Below, piece by piece: positions 28,810 to 38,543 of a stretch of DNA of 64,000 nt. Under the pieces are notes generated by a model. It was not told the origin of the DNA, did not search any database, and was given only the letters and a program-made list of their open reading frames with translations. Position numbers and translations under genes: made by a program. Numbering within the stretch: the first letter of the stretch is position 1; the number at the start of each line of letters is the position of its first letter. The DNA is from Minisyncoccota bacterium (GTDB taxonomy: Bacteria; Patescibacteriota; Minisyncoccia; UBA6257; GWB1-50-10), in NCBI GenBank assembly GCA_041664385.1, contig JBAYKY010000001.1, positions 367 through 64,366 on the forward strand, read 5' to 3'.

Positions 28810-29948
28810 ACATATTGATAGACGTGCGATTATTGAGTAAGGGACGAATTTCTGGCATTGAAGAATACACAAAATCTCTTATTCATAGCCTTTTAAAAGA
28901 AGGAAGCAAAGATACATTTCATTTTTTCTATAATGGTTTTCGCAAAGCACCTTTTCCTACAGAATGGAAAACGGCACCCAATGCCCATCTTATTGAATGG
29001 AATATTCCTAATAAACTCCTTGACCTTACCACGCGTTTTTTAGGATGGCCCCGCGTTGAACAGATTGCGCATGTCGACCTTGTCTTCAGCCCTCATTTCA
29101 ATCTCTTGCCCGCTACTAAGCACACCAAAAGAGTAATTACGTTTCACGATCTCTCATTTCTTCATTTTCCTGAATTTTATCCATTACGAAAAAGACTTTG
29201 GCACTGGCAACAGGATTATCGTACTCAAGCAATGCGTGCCGATGCACTTATCGCGGTTTCAGAATTTACGAGACAAGACCTTATATCCACATTTCATCTA
29301 CCAGAAGAAAAAGTGCATACCGTCTATTCCGGTATCAATCCTTTTTTCTCTGAATTGCCAGAAGAAAGTCCAGAACGTGCACGCTTTGCAAAAGAAAAAA
29401 ATCTTCAGCAACCATTTCTTTTATTTACAGGAGTGCTTGAACCACGTAAAAATGTGTCAGGAATCATCCGTGCATTTAATGAGATTAAAAAAAATCCATA
29501 TCACCGTGAATTACAACTCGTTATTGTCGGAAGGAAAGGCTGGCTCTATGATACAATTTTTAGAGATGCAGCAATGTCTCCCTGGTCACGCGACATTCGT
29601 TTTTGGGGAGAGGCATCTCTTGAAGATTTAAACCTTCTTTATAATCTTGCATCAGTATTTGTATATCCATCATTTTTTGAAGGATTCGGGTTCCCACCAC
29701 TTGAAGCACAGGCATGCGGCCTCCCGGTAATTACCTCAAATCGTTCATCATTACCTGAAATTGTAGGAGAAAGCGCACTTCTCGTTGATCCTTGGAAAAC
29801 TGACGAACTCATTACTTCAATTGACCTTGTGCTCCGTGATACTACGCTCGCAAACGATCTTAAGAAACGGGGGCGAATAAACAGTACGCGATTTTCTTGG
29901 CAACAGACCGCAACACAACTTCTTGAACTTTTTCATTCGCTCATTTAA
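28806..29948 (+). CDS. Glycosyltransferase family 4
   Basis: VYPSFFEGFGFPPLEAQACGLPVITS; start overlaps the upstream GT4 stop (ATGA). Confidence 0.85.
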   Translation: MNILIDVRLLSKGRISGIEEYTKSLIHSLLKEGSKDTFHFFYNGFRKAPFPTEWKTAPNAHLIEWNIPNKLLDLTTRFLGWPRVEQIAHVDLVFSPHFNLLPATKHTKRVITFHDLSFLHFPEFYPLRKRLWHWQQDYRTQAMRADALIAVSEFTRQDLISTFHLPEEKVHTVYSGINPFFSELPEESPERARFAKEKNLQQPFLLFTGVLEPRKNVSGIIRAFNEIKKNPYHRELQLVIVGRKGWLYDTIFRDAAMSPWSRDIRFWGEASLEDLNLLYNLASVFVYPSFFEGFGFPPLEAQACGLPVITSNRSSLPEIVGESALLVDPWKTDELITSIDLVLRDTTLANDLKKRGRINSTRFSWQQTATQLLELFHSLI

Positions 29949-29952
29949 CTCT

Positions 29953-32046
29953 ATGGCTCAAAAGGTTCCTATAAAAAACATTGATCCCGTTCTCGTTGAT
30001 ATAAAAAATCCGCGTATAAACTATACGTGGTCGTCTCATCACAAAATCATCGATTTGCGCAAAACACCTATGCATGAAGGAGGAAACTCGCGCACCATAA
30101 AATTTATTTTAAAAACTACACTTTTTGCAGTACTTGGTGTAGTTGCATTAGGAATTGTGTTTGAATCCTTCGTGCTCTTTCAAACAAAAGATGTGGTAAA
30201 AAGTGCCGGAGAAAAGATTGCACAAAATTTCTCGGTATCAGTAGATGCATTTCAAAATTTAGAACCCGATAAGGCAACGGCCGCACTCAAACAAAATGGT
30301 ACAGAGATTCATGAACTTGATGCCATTCTTGAAAATCGTCACACCTCAGGCTTCTTGAGCCTCCTCGGAACGATTATCCCCACATTCCGTGAGGCGGGGT
30401 CGCTTATAAAGCATGTGGCGACGCTCAATATGAGTTTCTTAAAACTTGCGGAAACAACGGATACCTTAAAACAAGATGGATTTACTGATTTTCAATCAAA
30501 TGGGGAAGTGCTCATCGAAAAAATGACACGCGCCCGAAACGCAATAAACAGCATTCTTGTTGAAGCACAAATAATTAAAAATGCGACTACAAATCTTAGA
30601 AAACTTTCTTCATTTTTTGATAAAGTAGATAGCGTAGTTGGAGAGAAATATCTCGCCCATAGTGCGGATCTCTATCGTGGAGATGCCGCGATTGAACATT
30701 TCTTATTGCTTGTAGGCTCCGAAAAAGAAAAGCACATTGCACTTTTTTTTCAAAATCCTGCAGAAATAAGACCAGGAGGTGGATTTATTGGAAGCTATGC
30801 GGATATGACCATACAAAAAGGACAAATGACCAATCTTGATGTCCGTGATATTTACGACCCAGATGGCCAATTTTTTGGAAAAATTACTCCTCCTTATCAA
30901 TTGCAAACCGTAAGCGAAAATTGGGGTGCTCGTGATGCAAATTGGTTTTTCGATTTTCCTACTTCTGCGAAAACAGTACTTGGTTTTCTTGAAGAATCAA
31001 AAATGTATTCCGAAAAAGGAATCACCTTTGATGGAGCCATCGCCATTAATATAGAAGTTATTGAAACACTTCTTTCGGTAACGGGACCCATTCCACTTCC
31101 TGAGTACAACCTTACCATCACGAGCGAAAACTTCCTTCCAGAGGTACAACGAGAAGTTGAGGCAGGAAAGGATAAGGCAGCAGGTCAACCAAAGAAGATA
31201 TTAAAGGTACTTACTCCAATGCTTCTTGAAAAACTAAAAGGTCTTGATGCAACAGGGAAAACGGATCTTATTAAGAAATTCACAAGTCACATTGGAAAGA
31301 AAGATATTATGTTCTATATGAAAGATAATGAGTTGTCATCGTTTTTAAATGACGCGAAAGCAAATGGAGCACTCTATGAAATTCCACGCGATTTTTGGGG
31401 TTCCTATCTTGCTGTTGTTGATGCAAATATAGCAGGCGGAAAAACAGATGCATTTATGACACAAGCAGTAAGTGCGGAAGTAAATGTTGATACAAGTGGT
31501 TCCATTCTTACCGATGTAACGGTAACGCGCACTCATAAAGGAGGGGCTCAAAAAGATCCTTGGTGGAATGCGGATAATAAAAACTTTATTCAAGTACTCA
31601 TGAATCCAGGTTCAAATCTTGTCACTATGAAGGGAAATACCGTAAAGCTGATAAAACCTACATTTGATTACGAAGCAAACGGCTATAGCAAAAATCCCGA
31701 TCTTGAGCGCATCGATTCATCGCGCGTTGCGCTTCCTGGATTTAACGCATGGACAATGAGTGAATTTGGCAAAACAGCATTTGCCACCTGGTTTACAGTT
31801 GCTCCCAAAAAAACAGGGACCTTGACGCTACGGGTACATACCGACAATACTGCGGAGGCGCCTCCTGAGGAAGGAAAGAAATACACCTTCGTATACGAAC
31901 GCCAATCGGGTGTTCCTACAAAGCTTTCGGTATCTGTTTCGGCCCCCGTTGGTTTTCTCTGGGCCGAATCGGGAACACCACTCTATACATTTACAAGTGA
32001 TGATGTGGAAGGACGCACACTGTTTACTCTCGAATTAAAACGATAA
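29953..32046 (+). CDS. DUF4012-like large membrane-anchored extracellular protein
   Basis: N-terminal TM helix then about 620 aa; FFQNPAEIRPGGGFIGSYADM resembles the DUF4012 signature; sits next to glycosyltransferases. Confidence 0.45.
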   Translation: MAQKVPIKNIDPVLVDIKNPRINYTWSSHHKIIDLRKTPMHEGGNSRTIKFILKTTLFAVLGVVALGIVFESFVLFQTKDVVKSAGEKIAQNFSVSVDAFQNLEPDKATAALKQNGTEIHELDAILENRHTSGFLSLLGTIIPTFREAGSLIKHVATLNMSFLKLAETTDTLKQDGFTDFQSNGEVLIEKMTRARNAINSILVEAQIIKNATTNLRKLSSFFDKVDSVVGEKYLAHSADLYRGDAAIEHFLLLVGSEKEKHIALFFQNPAEIRPGGGFIGSYADMTIQKGQMTNLDVRDIYDPDGQFFGKITPPYQLQTVSENWGARDANWFFDFPTSAKTVLGFLEESKMYSEKGITFDGAIAINIEVIETLLSVTGPIPLPEYNLTITSENFLPEVQREVEAGKDKAAGQPKKILKVLTPMLLEKLKGLDATGKTDLIKKFTSHIGKKDIMFYMKDNELSSFLNDAKANGALYEIPRDFWGSYLAVVDANIAGGKTDAFMTQAVSAEVNVDTSGSILTDVTVTRTHKGGAQKDPWWNADNKNFIQVLMNPGSNLVTMKGNTVKLIKPTFDYEANGYSKNPDLERIDSSRVALPGFNAWTMSEFGKTAFATWFTVAPKKTGTLTLRVHTDNTAEAPPEEGKKYTFVYERQSGVPTKLSVSVSAPVGFLWAESGTPLYTFTSDDVEGRTLFTLELKR

Positions 32047-33866
32047 TGAAATTACACATTAGAAATTTCGTCATAATTGCGCACGTTGATCACGGCAAGA
32101 GTACTCTTGCCGATCGTCTTTTGGAGGTCACGGGCACCATCGAAAAAAGAAAGATGAAGGAGCAGTATCTCGACCAACTCGAACTCGAACGCGAACGTGG
32201 TATTACCATCAAAATGGCACCAGTGCGCATGCATTACACGATGGACAATAAAGAGTATATTTTGAATCTTATTGATACCCCGGGACATTCTGATTTCTCG
32301 TATGAAGTTTCTCGTGCCTTAAATGCAGTTGAGGGAGCCGTACTTCTTGTTGATGTAACTCAAGGAATACAAGCACAAACACTCGCAAATTACCGACTTG
32401 CAAAAGCGGCGGGTCTCACCGTACTTGGTGCACTTAACAAAGTTGACTTTTTTAAACTTGAATCAGGAGAAATTGATTTTGAAAATGACAGATTGAAAAA
32501 TCACAGGAGAGATCTCGCTGAACTCATCGGGGTATCAGAAGACGAGATTTATTATGTATCAGGAAAAAGCGGGGATGGTGTTGATAAACTTCTTCGAGGT
32601 ATCGTAACTAAAGTTCCTCCGCCAAAGGACGAACCTATTGGAGTGGGTCGCGCACTCGTATTTGATTCTTTCTACGACGATCATAAGGGAATTATTGCAT
32701 CAGTTCGCATGTGGAATGGAGAGGTAAATGGAGAAAACAACATTTATCTCGTAGCTACTAATACCCATTCAAAAATAAAAGAAATAGGTCACTTTATGCC
32801 TCAATTGAAAGTGCTACCCATCCCACAAACGCTTACTGCAGGCGAAATTGGTTACATTGCAACAGGCATTCGTGACCCAGAGAAAATTCGCATCGGTGAT
32901 ACCGTGCTTATTGGTAACTTTAAAAATTCAAGTGAATTGGCCCTCCCTGGCTACAAAGAAGCAATGTCGGTGGTATTCGTCTCATTTTATCCAGAAGAAA
33001 ATGATGATTTTGAATTACTCTCGAAGGGATTGCAAAAATTAAAATTAAACGACTCTGCACTTCATATTGAACCAGATCAAAACGAAGTACTTGGACGTGG
33101 ATATAAGGTGGGATTTTTAGGAAGACTTCACTTTGAAATCACGAGCGAGCGCCTTCTCCGCGAATTTAATGTAGCCACGGTAAACACCTTTCCTTCTGTG
33201 CTTTATAAGGTAAAGAAAGGAGAGGAATGGCTCATGATTGTGAAACCAGAAGAACTACCTCAGGATTACGACGAGCTATGGGAACCAATTATCAATGTGG
33301 AAATCATCCTTCCCAATGAGTACCTTTCGAGTGTGCTCTCATTGCAAAAGAAATTCCGTTTTTCTGACCTTCACACAGAAACCTTGGGCGACCGTATTCG
33401 TCTTATCACCCAGATGCCGCTTGCCGAACTGGTAAGTGACTTTGATGACCAATTAAAATCTGCCACAAAAGGAATGGCCTCGTTCAGTTACGAATTTGTG
33501 AAATATGCGAAGGCGGATATCGCGCGCGTTGATATTCTGATATCGCACGAAATTATTCCAGGTCTTAGTCGTTTCCTTCCAAAGGACTCACTTGAACGTG
33601 AAGCACGTCAAATGGTCTCACGCTTAAAGGAACTCTTACCTCGTCAGCAATGGGGTCAGCCAATTCAAGCGCAATCAGAGGGAAAAATTCTTTCTCGTGA
33701 TGATATTGCTGCCTTACGCAAAGATGTAACGGGCTATCTCTATGGAGGCGATCGCACTCGAAAAATGAAACTCTGGAAGAAGCAAAAACGTGGGAAAAAG
33801 AACCTCATGGAACGCGCAACAGTTCAGATTGCACCTGAAGTCTTTAAAGAACTCTTAAAGCGCTAG
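32046..33866 (+). CDS. lepA: Elongation factor 4 (LepA)
   Basis: IRNFVIIAHVDHGKSTLADRLL G1 motif; DTPGH; LepA-type C-terminus GYLYGGDRTRKMKLWKKQKRGKK. Confidence 0.92.
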   Translation: MKLHIRNFVIIAHVDHGKSTLADRLLEVTGTIEKRKMKEQYLDQLELERERGITIKMAPVRMHYTMDNKEYILNLIDTPGHSDFSYEVSRALNAVEGAVLLVDVTQGIQAQTLANYRLAKAAGLTVLGALNKVDFFKLESGEIDFENDRLKNHRRDLAELIGVSEDEIYYVSGKSGDGVDKLLRGIVTKVPPPKDEPIGVGRALVFDSFYDDHKGIIASVRMWNGEVNGENNIYLVATNTHSKIKEIGHFMPQLKVLPIPQTLTAGEIGYIATGIRDPEKIRIGDTVLIGNFKNSSELALPGYKEAMSVVFVSFYPEENDDFELLSKGLQKLKLNDSALHIEPDQNEVLGRGYKVGFLGRLHFEITSERLLREFNVATVNTFPSVLYKVKKGEEWLMIVKPEELPQDYDELWEPIINVEIILPNEYLSSVLSLQKKFRFSDLHTETLGDRIRLITQMPLAELVSDFDDQLKSATKGMASFSYEFVKYAKADIARVDILISHEIIPGLSRFLPKDSLEREARQMVSRLKELLPRQQWGQPIQAQSEGKILSRDDIAALRKDVTGYLYGGDRTRKMKLWKKQKRGKKNLMERATVQIAPEVFKELLKR

Positions 33867-33907
33867 TGTTATACATTTTAAATAGTTTCTTTGTATAATG
33901 AATAGGT

Positions 33908-34150
33908 ATGGGATTTTTACCCGCATCAGCGCGGCCACATATTGCGATGCTTATGACCGCATTGGCATTTTTAATTGCTCAGTTCATTGGAGAGCTTTTA
34001 ATCGTGTACATAATTACGCAACTTTTTCCTGATGCGGGTACATTTCTTTATGCATCAAAACAAATCGTTGTTTTTTTTCATCTTCTCCTCACTCTTGTAC
34101 TTGTGTTATATGCAAAGCCGGTGAGCAAACGATTTTATAAGGAATCATAA
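33908..34150 (+). CDS. Hypothetical small membrane protein
   Basis: Two TM helices. Confidence 0.4.
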   Translation: MGFLPASARPHIAMLMTALAFLIAQFIGELLIVYIITQLFPDAGTFLYASKQIVVFFHLLLTLVLVLYAKPVSKRFYKES

Positions 34151-34152
34151 TT

Positions 34153-34446
34153 ATGCGATTTATAAAACCAATTATTATTCTTATTGTCGTCGCAGTTCTT
34201 GGATATGGAATCTACGGCCTTATGCGCGAAAAAAGTGCTATTGAGAAAGAAATGGAGCAACTTGCAGATTCTGCACAAAAATTGAATGCAGAAAATGCCA
34301 TCTATCAAGCAAAAATTATGCAGTACAAAAGGCCTGAAAATCTTCTCAAACTCTCTCGCGAGCAATTCAATTACAAGAGAGAAGGGGAGAAGATGATCAT
34401 CGTGGTGCCTGGAAACGCGAGTACGTCTTCAAGTACTGCTCGATAA
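34153..34446 (+). CDS. Septum-formation initiator-like protein (FtsB/DivIC family)
   Basis: N-terminal TM then a coiled coil; length and architecture typical. Confidence 0.45.
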   Translation: MRFIKPIIILIVVAVLGYGIYGLMREKSAIEKEMEQLADSAQKLNAENAIYQAKIMQYKRPENLLKLSREQFNYKREGEKMIIVVPGNASTSSSTAR

Positions 34447-34452
34447 AACCAA

Positions 34453-34647
34453 TTGTGGGTAAGTGCTCATCCTATGAGTCACCGATTATTTAAAAAAATA
34501 GACGAGGAATTAGATGCTATCCTCGACGACTTTAACAAGAATTTTCATATTCCTCCAATTCTTTTGATGGCGTTGAAGTTGAAGCACTCGAATAAGATAC
34601 AGGAAATTATTAGGAAACATAACAAAAAGAATGAGGAAGAAGAGTAG
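34453..34647 (+). CDS. Hypothetical small protein
   Basis: ORF only. Confidence 0.3.
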   Translation: MWVSAHPMSHRLFKKIDEELDAILDDFNKNFHIPPILLMALKLKHSNKIQEIIRKHNKKNEEEE

Positions 34648-34700
34648 GGAGTAAAGTTTCTCTATACAGCGGCTGTATTTTCAGGATATAGTGAAGAAAG

Positions 34701-34771
34701 GTGGGATTGGTTCAGTGGTAGAATGCGACCTTCCCAAGGTTGAGACACGGGTTCGATTCCCGTATCCCGCA
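34701..34771 (+). tRNA. tRNA-Gly (anticodon CCC)
   Basis: Acceptor GTGGGAT/ATCCCGC (one G-U pair); D-arm TGGTTCAGTGGTAGAA; anticodon stem CGACC/GGTTG with loop TTCCCAA; T-arm ACGGG-TTCGATT-CCCGT. Confidence 0.8.
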
Positions 34772-34777
34772 CTAACA

Positions 34778-34808
34778 CAGGATGGCCAAGAGGCCATCCT
34801 GATTTTGT
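34778..34808 (+). terminator. Rho-independent terminator after tRNA-Gly
   Basis: CAGGATGGCC-AAGA-GGCCATCCTG followed by ATTTT. Confidence 0.7.
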
Positions 34809-34814
34809 TGGGAT

Positions 34815-34866
34815 GTGGGAATAAGGAAAGGGGTCGGGAAAAACGATATTCCCGTATCCCACACTA
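34815..34866 (+). repeat. Truncated tRNA-Gly-like minihelix (acceptor GTGGGAT + T-arm-like hairpin + ATCCCACA)
   Basis: ATTCCCGTATCCCACACTAA nearly repeats the tRNA-Gly 3' end TTCCCGTATCCCGCACTAA about 90 bp downstream; matching 5' acceptor GTGGGAT present. Confidence 0.7.
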
Positions 34867-34962
34867 ATTTAAGTCGTCAAAATGCTATACTAAAAGTAAT
34901 AAAGCGAATGCATTGACATTTAGTTATTTCGATAGTATAATATAAACAAATAAATACACGTT

Positions 34963-35280
34963 ATGAACCAATCACGTATTGATGAGCTTATGAAAATAGA
35001 CTTGTTCGAAGCTTTGAATATTGATGGTCTTTCAGCAGAAAAAAAACTTGAAGCAATGGATGAAATTGCACAAGTTGCAATGAAAGGGATCTGGTTAAAG
35101 ATTCTTGAAAATCTCTCCGAAGAAGAACAAGAACAATTAAACTTACTTCTTGATAAAGAACCAAGCCCAGAAGAACTTACCACGTTTCTCAAAACGTCGA
35201 TTCCAGATCTTGAAAATCTCATTAAAGGAGAAATTGCTTCGTACAAGGCAATGCTTCTTCCTCCAGAAATCAATTTTTAA
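34963..35280 (+). CDS. Hypothetical small acidic protein (105 aa)
   Basis: ORF immediately upstream of the 1045-aa gene. Confidence 0.45.
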   Translation: MNQSRIDELMKIDLFEALNIDGLSAEKKLEAMDEIAQVAMKGIWLKILENLSEEEQEQLNLLLDKEPSPEELTTFLKTSIPDLENLIKGEIASYKAMLLPPEINF

Positions 35281-35293
35281 TTACCCTTAATAT

Positions 35294-38200
35294 ATGAATA
35301 TGGAAATACCTCCAAAAAGTACAGCGACTCCAAATAAAGAAGCAGAAAAGACTCAAGAAATCATCACTCCTGAGAAACTTAAGGTTGCTGAGGTGCTTCT
35401 TGGTGATGAAAATTTTAAAATTGATGACCTTTACGAGAAATCAAAAGAAAGTAAAGAACTCGTACTAAATCAAGATAAGGCCCGAGAAAAAATGAAGGAG
35501 GTGGAATCATTCTCTCCAGAGGCGCGGATACGTGCAGAAGAAGTAATCTCAGCACGCGAAGAAAGTGCTCGGGTTTTGGAACATGCATATGAAATAAAAA
35601 AGACCGAGACAGATTCTAACTCGAAAAAACTGAAAGTATCCGATATTCTTTCAAAAGAACAGCAAGATGCAAAAGAAAAGCATGAAAATGCAGTTATTGC
35701 GCTTAAGAAAACTCTTCTTCAGGATGCGGTAATAGAATTGCGTCAGAAATATGGCGAGGGACCTGAATTTGATAAACACGTAAAGGAGATTAAAGACCCG
35801 GCTCTTGAGCACCTTCGAAGAATTTCGGTTATGGAACTTGCACGTATGAACGATGCGCGCGAGAAGGTGAGTAAAGGAAACTCAAAAATTTGGGAAGGTA
35901 TTAAAAAACCATTCGCGGCTTTTGCAAAAATAGAACCACGAGCCCTGCGCTCTGTAGTGGGTTCAAGTATTTTTACTGCCGGACTTATTGGAGGAAGTGT
36001 CGCACTTAGTATTCCAATTGCAGCTGCAGCCGCAGGATATGGAACCTATGCAGCGTATCGTATAGGCCGCGCACTTGTAGGAGGTACTATTTCTGCTTTC
36101 GTACAAAAACATTTCACAAACAAAATTGTTGAAAGTGCATATAACGTAGATACAAAGAAAGCATACGAGGATATAAAACAAAGCACAAAAGAAAGTGTTG
36201 CTAAGCAAAATGTTGCGAGCGAACTTTTAGATCTCACAAACTTAGAAGAATTAGCATCCCGAAATTTTGAAACAGATAAGCAACTTGCAGATGAGTATTC
36301 AAAAAAGATGAAGAAGGCGCGACGCCTTCATACTGCGAACGCATTTGGTTCAGGTATTATTACCGGCGCTGCAGGAGGTATGATAGGTGCAAAAGGACTC
36401 GATTTTGGCGCAGGAAAATTTCATGAGTTTACTGGTGGAGGACACACACCCGAACATATTCCTGGTGTTGTACCAAAAGCGCCTACATGGGAATCTGCCA
36501 CCGCACAAAAAGGCGATTCAGTATGGAAAGTGGTTGAGCACGACCTCGACAAAAATATTCCTGGGTTTAAGGATATGACGGAGGCTCAGAGAACATATGT
36601 CATCGATCACTATAAAGATGCGGTGGTAGCAGACCCAGAGAAATTCGGTCTCACCGATCCTAATCAAGTAAAAATCGGATGGGGCAAGGAAGTAGATAAT
36701 CTTTTTACAGATAAACAAGAACTCGCAGAAACTATTGGCGCAGCAAAAGGATTGCGACCTGAAGAAATTCAGAATATTTTGCGTACCAACGAATTAAATC
36801 GTTTACACTCTGATGGTATTAGTCATGAAGAAGTTATACGAACGGAAGTACATACACCAGAGGAAGTGCGTCCTGCATTTTCGCCAGAAGATCAACGTAT
36901 GTATAGTCAGGCAATGCAAAATTATCGCGGAGGTGCCTTTGAAAAAGGTTCCGCCGCATGGAATGCTGCGCATGCACAAGGTGAGCAATCACTTCTTGCA
37001 TTAGCACACAATCATCCAGGAGTAATGCAAAATCCTAGTTACCAAGATTTCAAATACACCGTGCGCAATATCTACGGCGAACACCTTCAAAAGGAACTTG
37101 GTGAAGGTGGCATGTTTAAATTCCTACAAAGCGCGGATCATGACGATTTGATACGTGAAACTTCAGGTCTTGCAGAAACATTTGGTTTAAAACCTCAAGA
37201 AGCACAGATGTATGCATCATACCTTGGACAGGGTCATGAACTTGATGAAAATACATTTCGTCCATTTGTGAATCCTGAAACGGGGGAGATTTCTATGCAA
37301 CAATTTGCTCGTTCAATTGGTCAATTTGGTGCAATTGCTGAGAACAATCATGATCTTCCTGATATTCCCGCTGGAAAAATGGCGTCCGCATGGGAGCCAC
37401 GCATGATTCGCGTAGGCGACAATAATTATCTCGGTCTTGTCCGCAACGCAGGAGAAGGCAAATTTGAATATTCAATAGAACCAGGTGATGTAAGTGGTGC
37501 AAGTAAGACGGGTATGGAACTAATGCTTGAACAAGGAGCTAAGCCTCTTGCACTACACGCCGAAGCCCCTATAGAAAGTGTCCACCCAATGACAATAAAG
37601 GGGCTTGAACCGAATAAAATTACCACAGAACAATTCAAAGTTGAGAAAGTAGTAATTCCTCAGGATATAGAAGATCGGGTCGCTGCTGCACAAGCAAGAC
37701 TTCCTCAAGATATAGAGCGAATGACCTATCTTTCACAAAAGAATGCATTTGATTCGGTTCAAAAGGTATCTCCATTGAATGAATCTGCCATACCGAAAAC
37801 AAATTTCAATGCTCCGCTTGAACACACAATTGTTCCAGAAATAAACGAAGCAAATTCTGAAGAAACACTCGCTCGTGTAAATGACTTTACTAACCTTTCA
37901 AAACACAATGCATTTGATCAAGTTCAAAAAATACCTACATTAAATGAATCTGTCATACCGAAAACAAATTTCAATGCTCCGCTTGAACATGTAAACGTTC
38001 AAGAAGCAATTGCATTTAAAGCAGAGAATACTGAACAGATACATGGCGCAATGACTACCATTGGAAAAGCATATGGTCTAAACCAGGATCAAACTGCAGT
38101 ATTTGAGCGTTATATTACAAATGGAGAAAAGTTAAGTCCAGAAACAATAAAAGGATATATAAACCCAGAAACAAACAGCATAAGTCCTACCAAAGTTTCT

Positions 38201-38431
38201 GGTGCTATAGAAAGTTTTAAAGAAGCCATGTGGAAAAAGGATATTCCTCAAGGAGAGTGGGAACCGAGGATGATGAAATTCCGATTCGGGAATGATTTTA
38301 CCGATCAACTCGCAATTGTGAAAAAAACAGGATCAGATTCATATGAAGTTATAGTTGGAAATCACCACCTATCTTCAGTGCCTGAAAACCAAATTCAAAA
38401 AGCAATAGCTGACGTAAAAATTATAGAATAA
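35294..38431 (+). CDS. Large orphan membrane-associated protein (1045 aa) with internal repeats
   Basis: Acidic coiled-coil-like N-terminus, hydrophobic segment around residues 215-265, C-terminal duplicated about 30-aa repeat and two WEPRM-containing modules. Confidence 0.6.
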   Translation: MNMEIPPKSTATPNKEAEKTQEIITPEKLKVAEVLLGDENFKIDDLYEKSKESKELVLNQDKAREKMKEVESFSPEARIRAEEVISAREESARVLEHAYEIKKTETDSNSKKLKVSDILSKEQQDAKEKHENAVIALKKTLLQDAVIELRQKYGEGPEFDKHVKEIKDPALEHLRRISVMELARMNDAREKVSKGNSKIWEGIKKPFAAFAKIEPRALRSVVGSSIFTAGLIGGSVALSIPIAAAAAGYGTYAAYRIGRALVGGTISAFVQKHFTNKIVESAYNVDTKKAYEDIKQSTKESVAKQNVASELLDLTNLEELASRNFETDKQLADEYSKKMKKARRLHTANAFGSGIITGAAGGMIGAKGLDFGAGKFHEFTGGGHTPEHIPGVVPKAPTWESATAQKGDSVWKVVEHDLDKNIPGFKDMTEAQRTYVIDHYKDAVVADPEKFGLTDPNQVKIGWGKEVDNLFTDKQELAETIGAAKGLRPEEIQNILRTNELNRLHSDGISHEEVIRTEVHTPEEVRPAFSPEDQRMYSQAMQNYRGGAFEKGSAAWNAAHAQGEQSLLALAHNHPGVMQNPSYQDFKYTVRNIYGEHLQKELGEGGMFKFLQSADHDDLIRETSGLAETFGLKPQEAQMYASYLGQGHELDENTFRPFVNPETGEISMQQFARSIGQFGAIAENNHDLPDIPAGKMASAWEPRMIRVGDNNYLGLVRNAGEGKFEYSIEPGDVSGASKTGMELMLEQGAKPLALHAEAPIESVHPMTIKGLEPNKITTEQFKVEKVVIPQDIEDRVAAAQARLPQDIERMTYLSQKNAFDSVQKVSPLNESAIPKTNFNAPLEHTIVPEINEANSEETLARVNDFTNLSKHNAFDQVQKIPTLNESVIPKTNFNAPLEHVNVQEAIAFKAENTEQIHGAMTTIGKAYGLNQDQTAVFERYITNGEKLSPETIKGYINPETNSISPTKVSGAIESFKEAMWKKDIPQGEWEPRMMKFRFGNDFTDQLAIVKKTGSDSYEVIVGNHHLSSVPENQIQKAIADVKIIE

Positions 38432-38543
38432 TCTGTCTCTGTTTCTAAAAAGTCCCACTCACTAAAGTGGGGCTTTTTATTGACGTAGTGCCATTTTTCT
38501 TGTATAAAGATACCAGTTAATTTAATAATAACTGGAGGAACTA

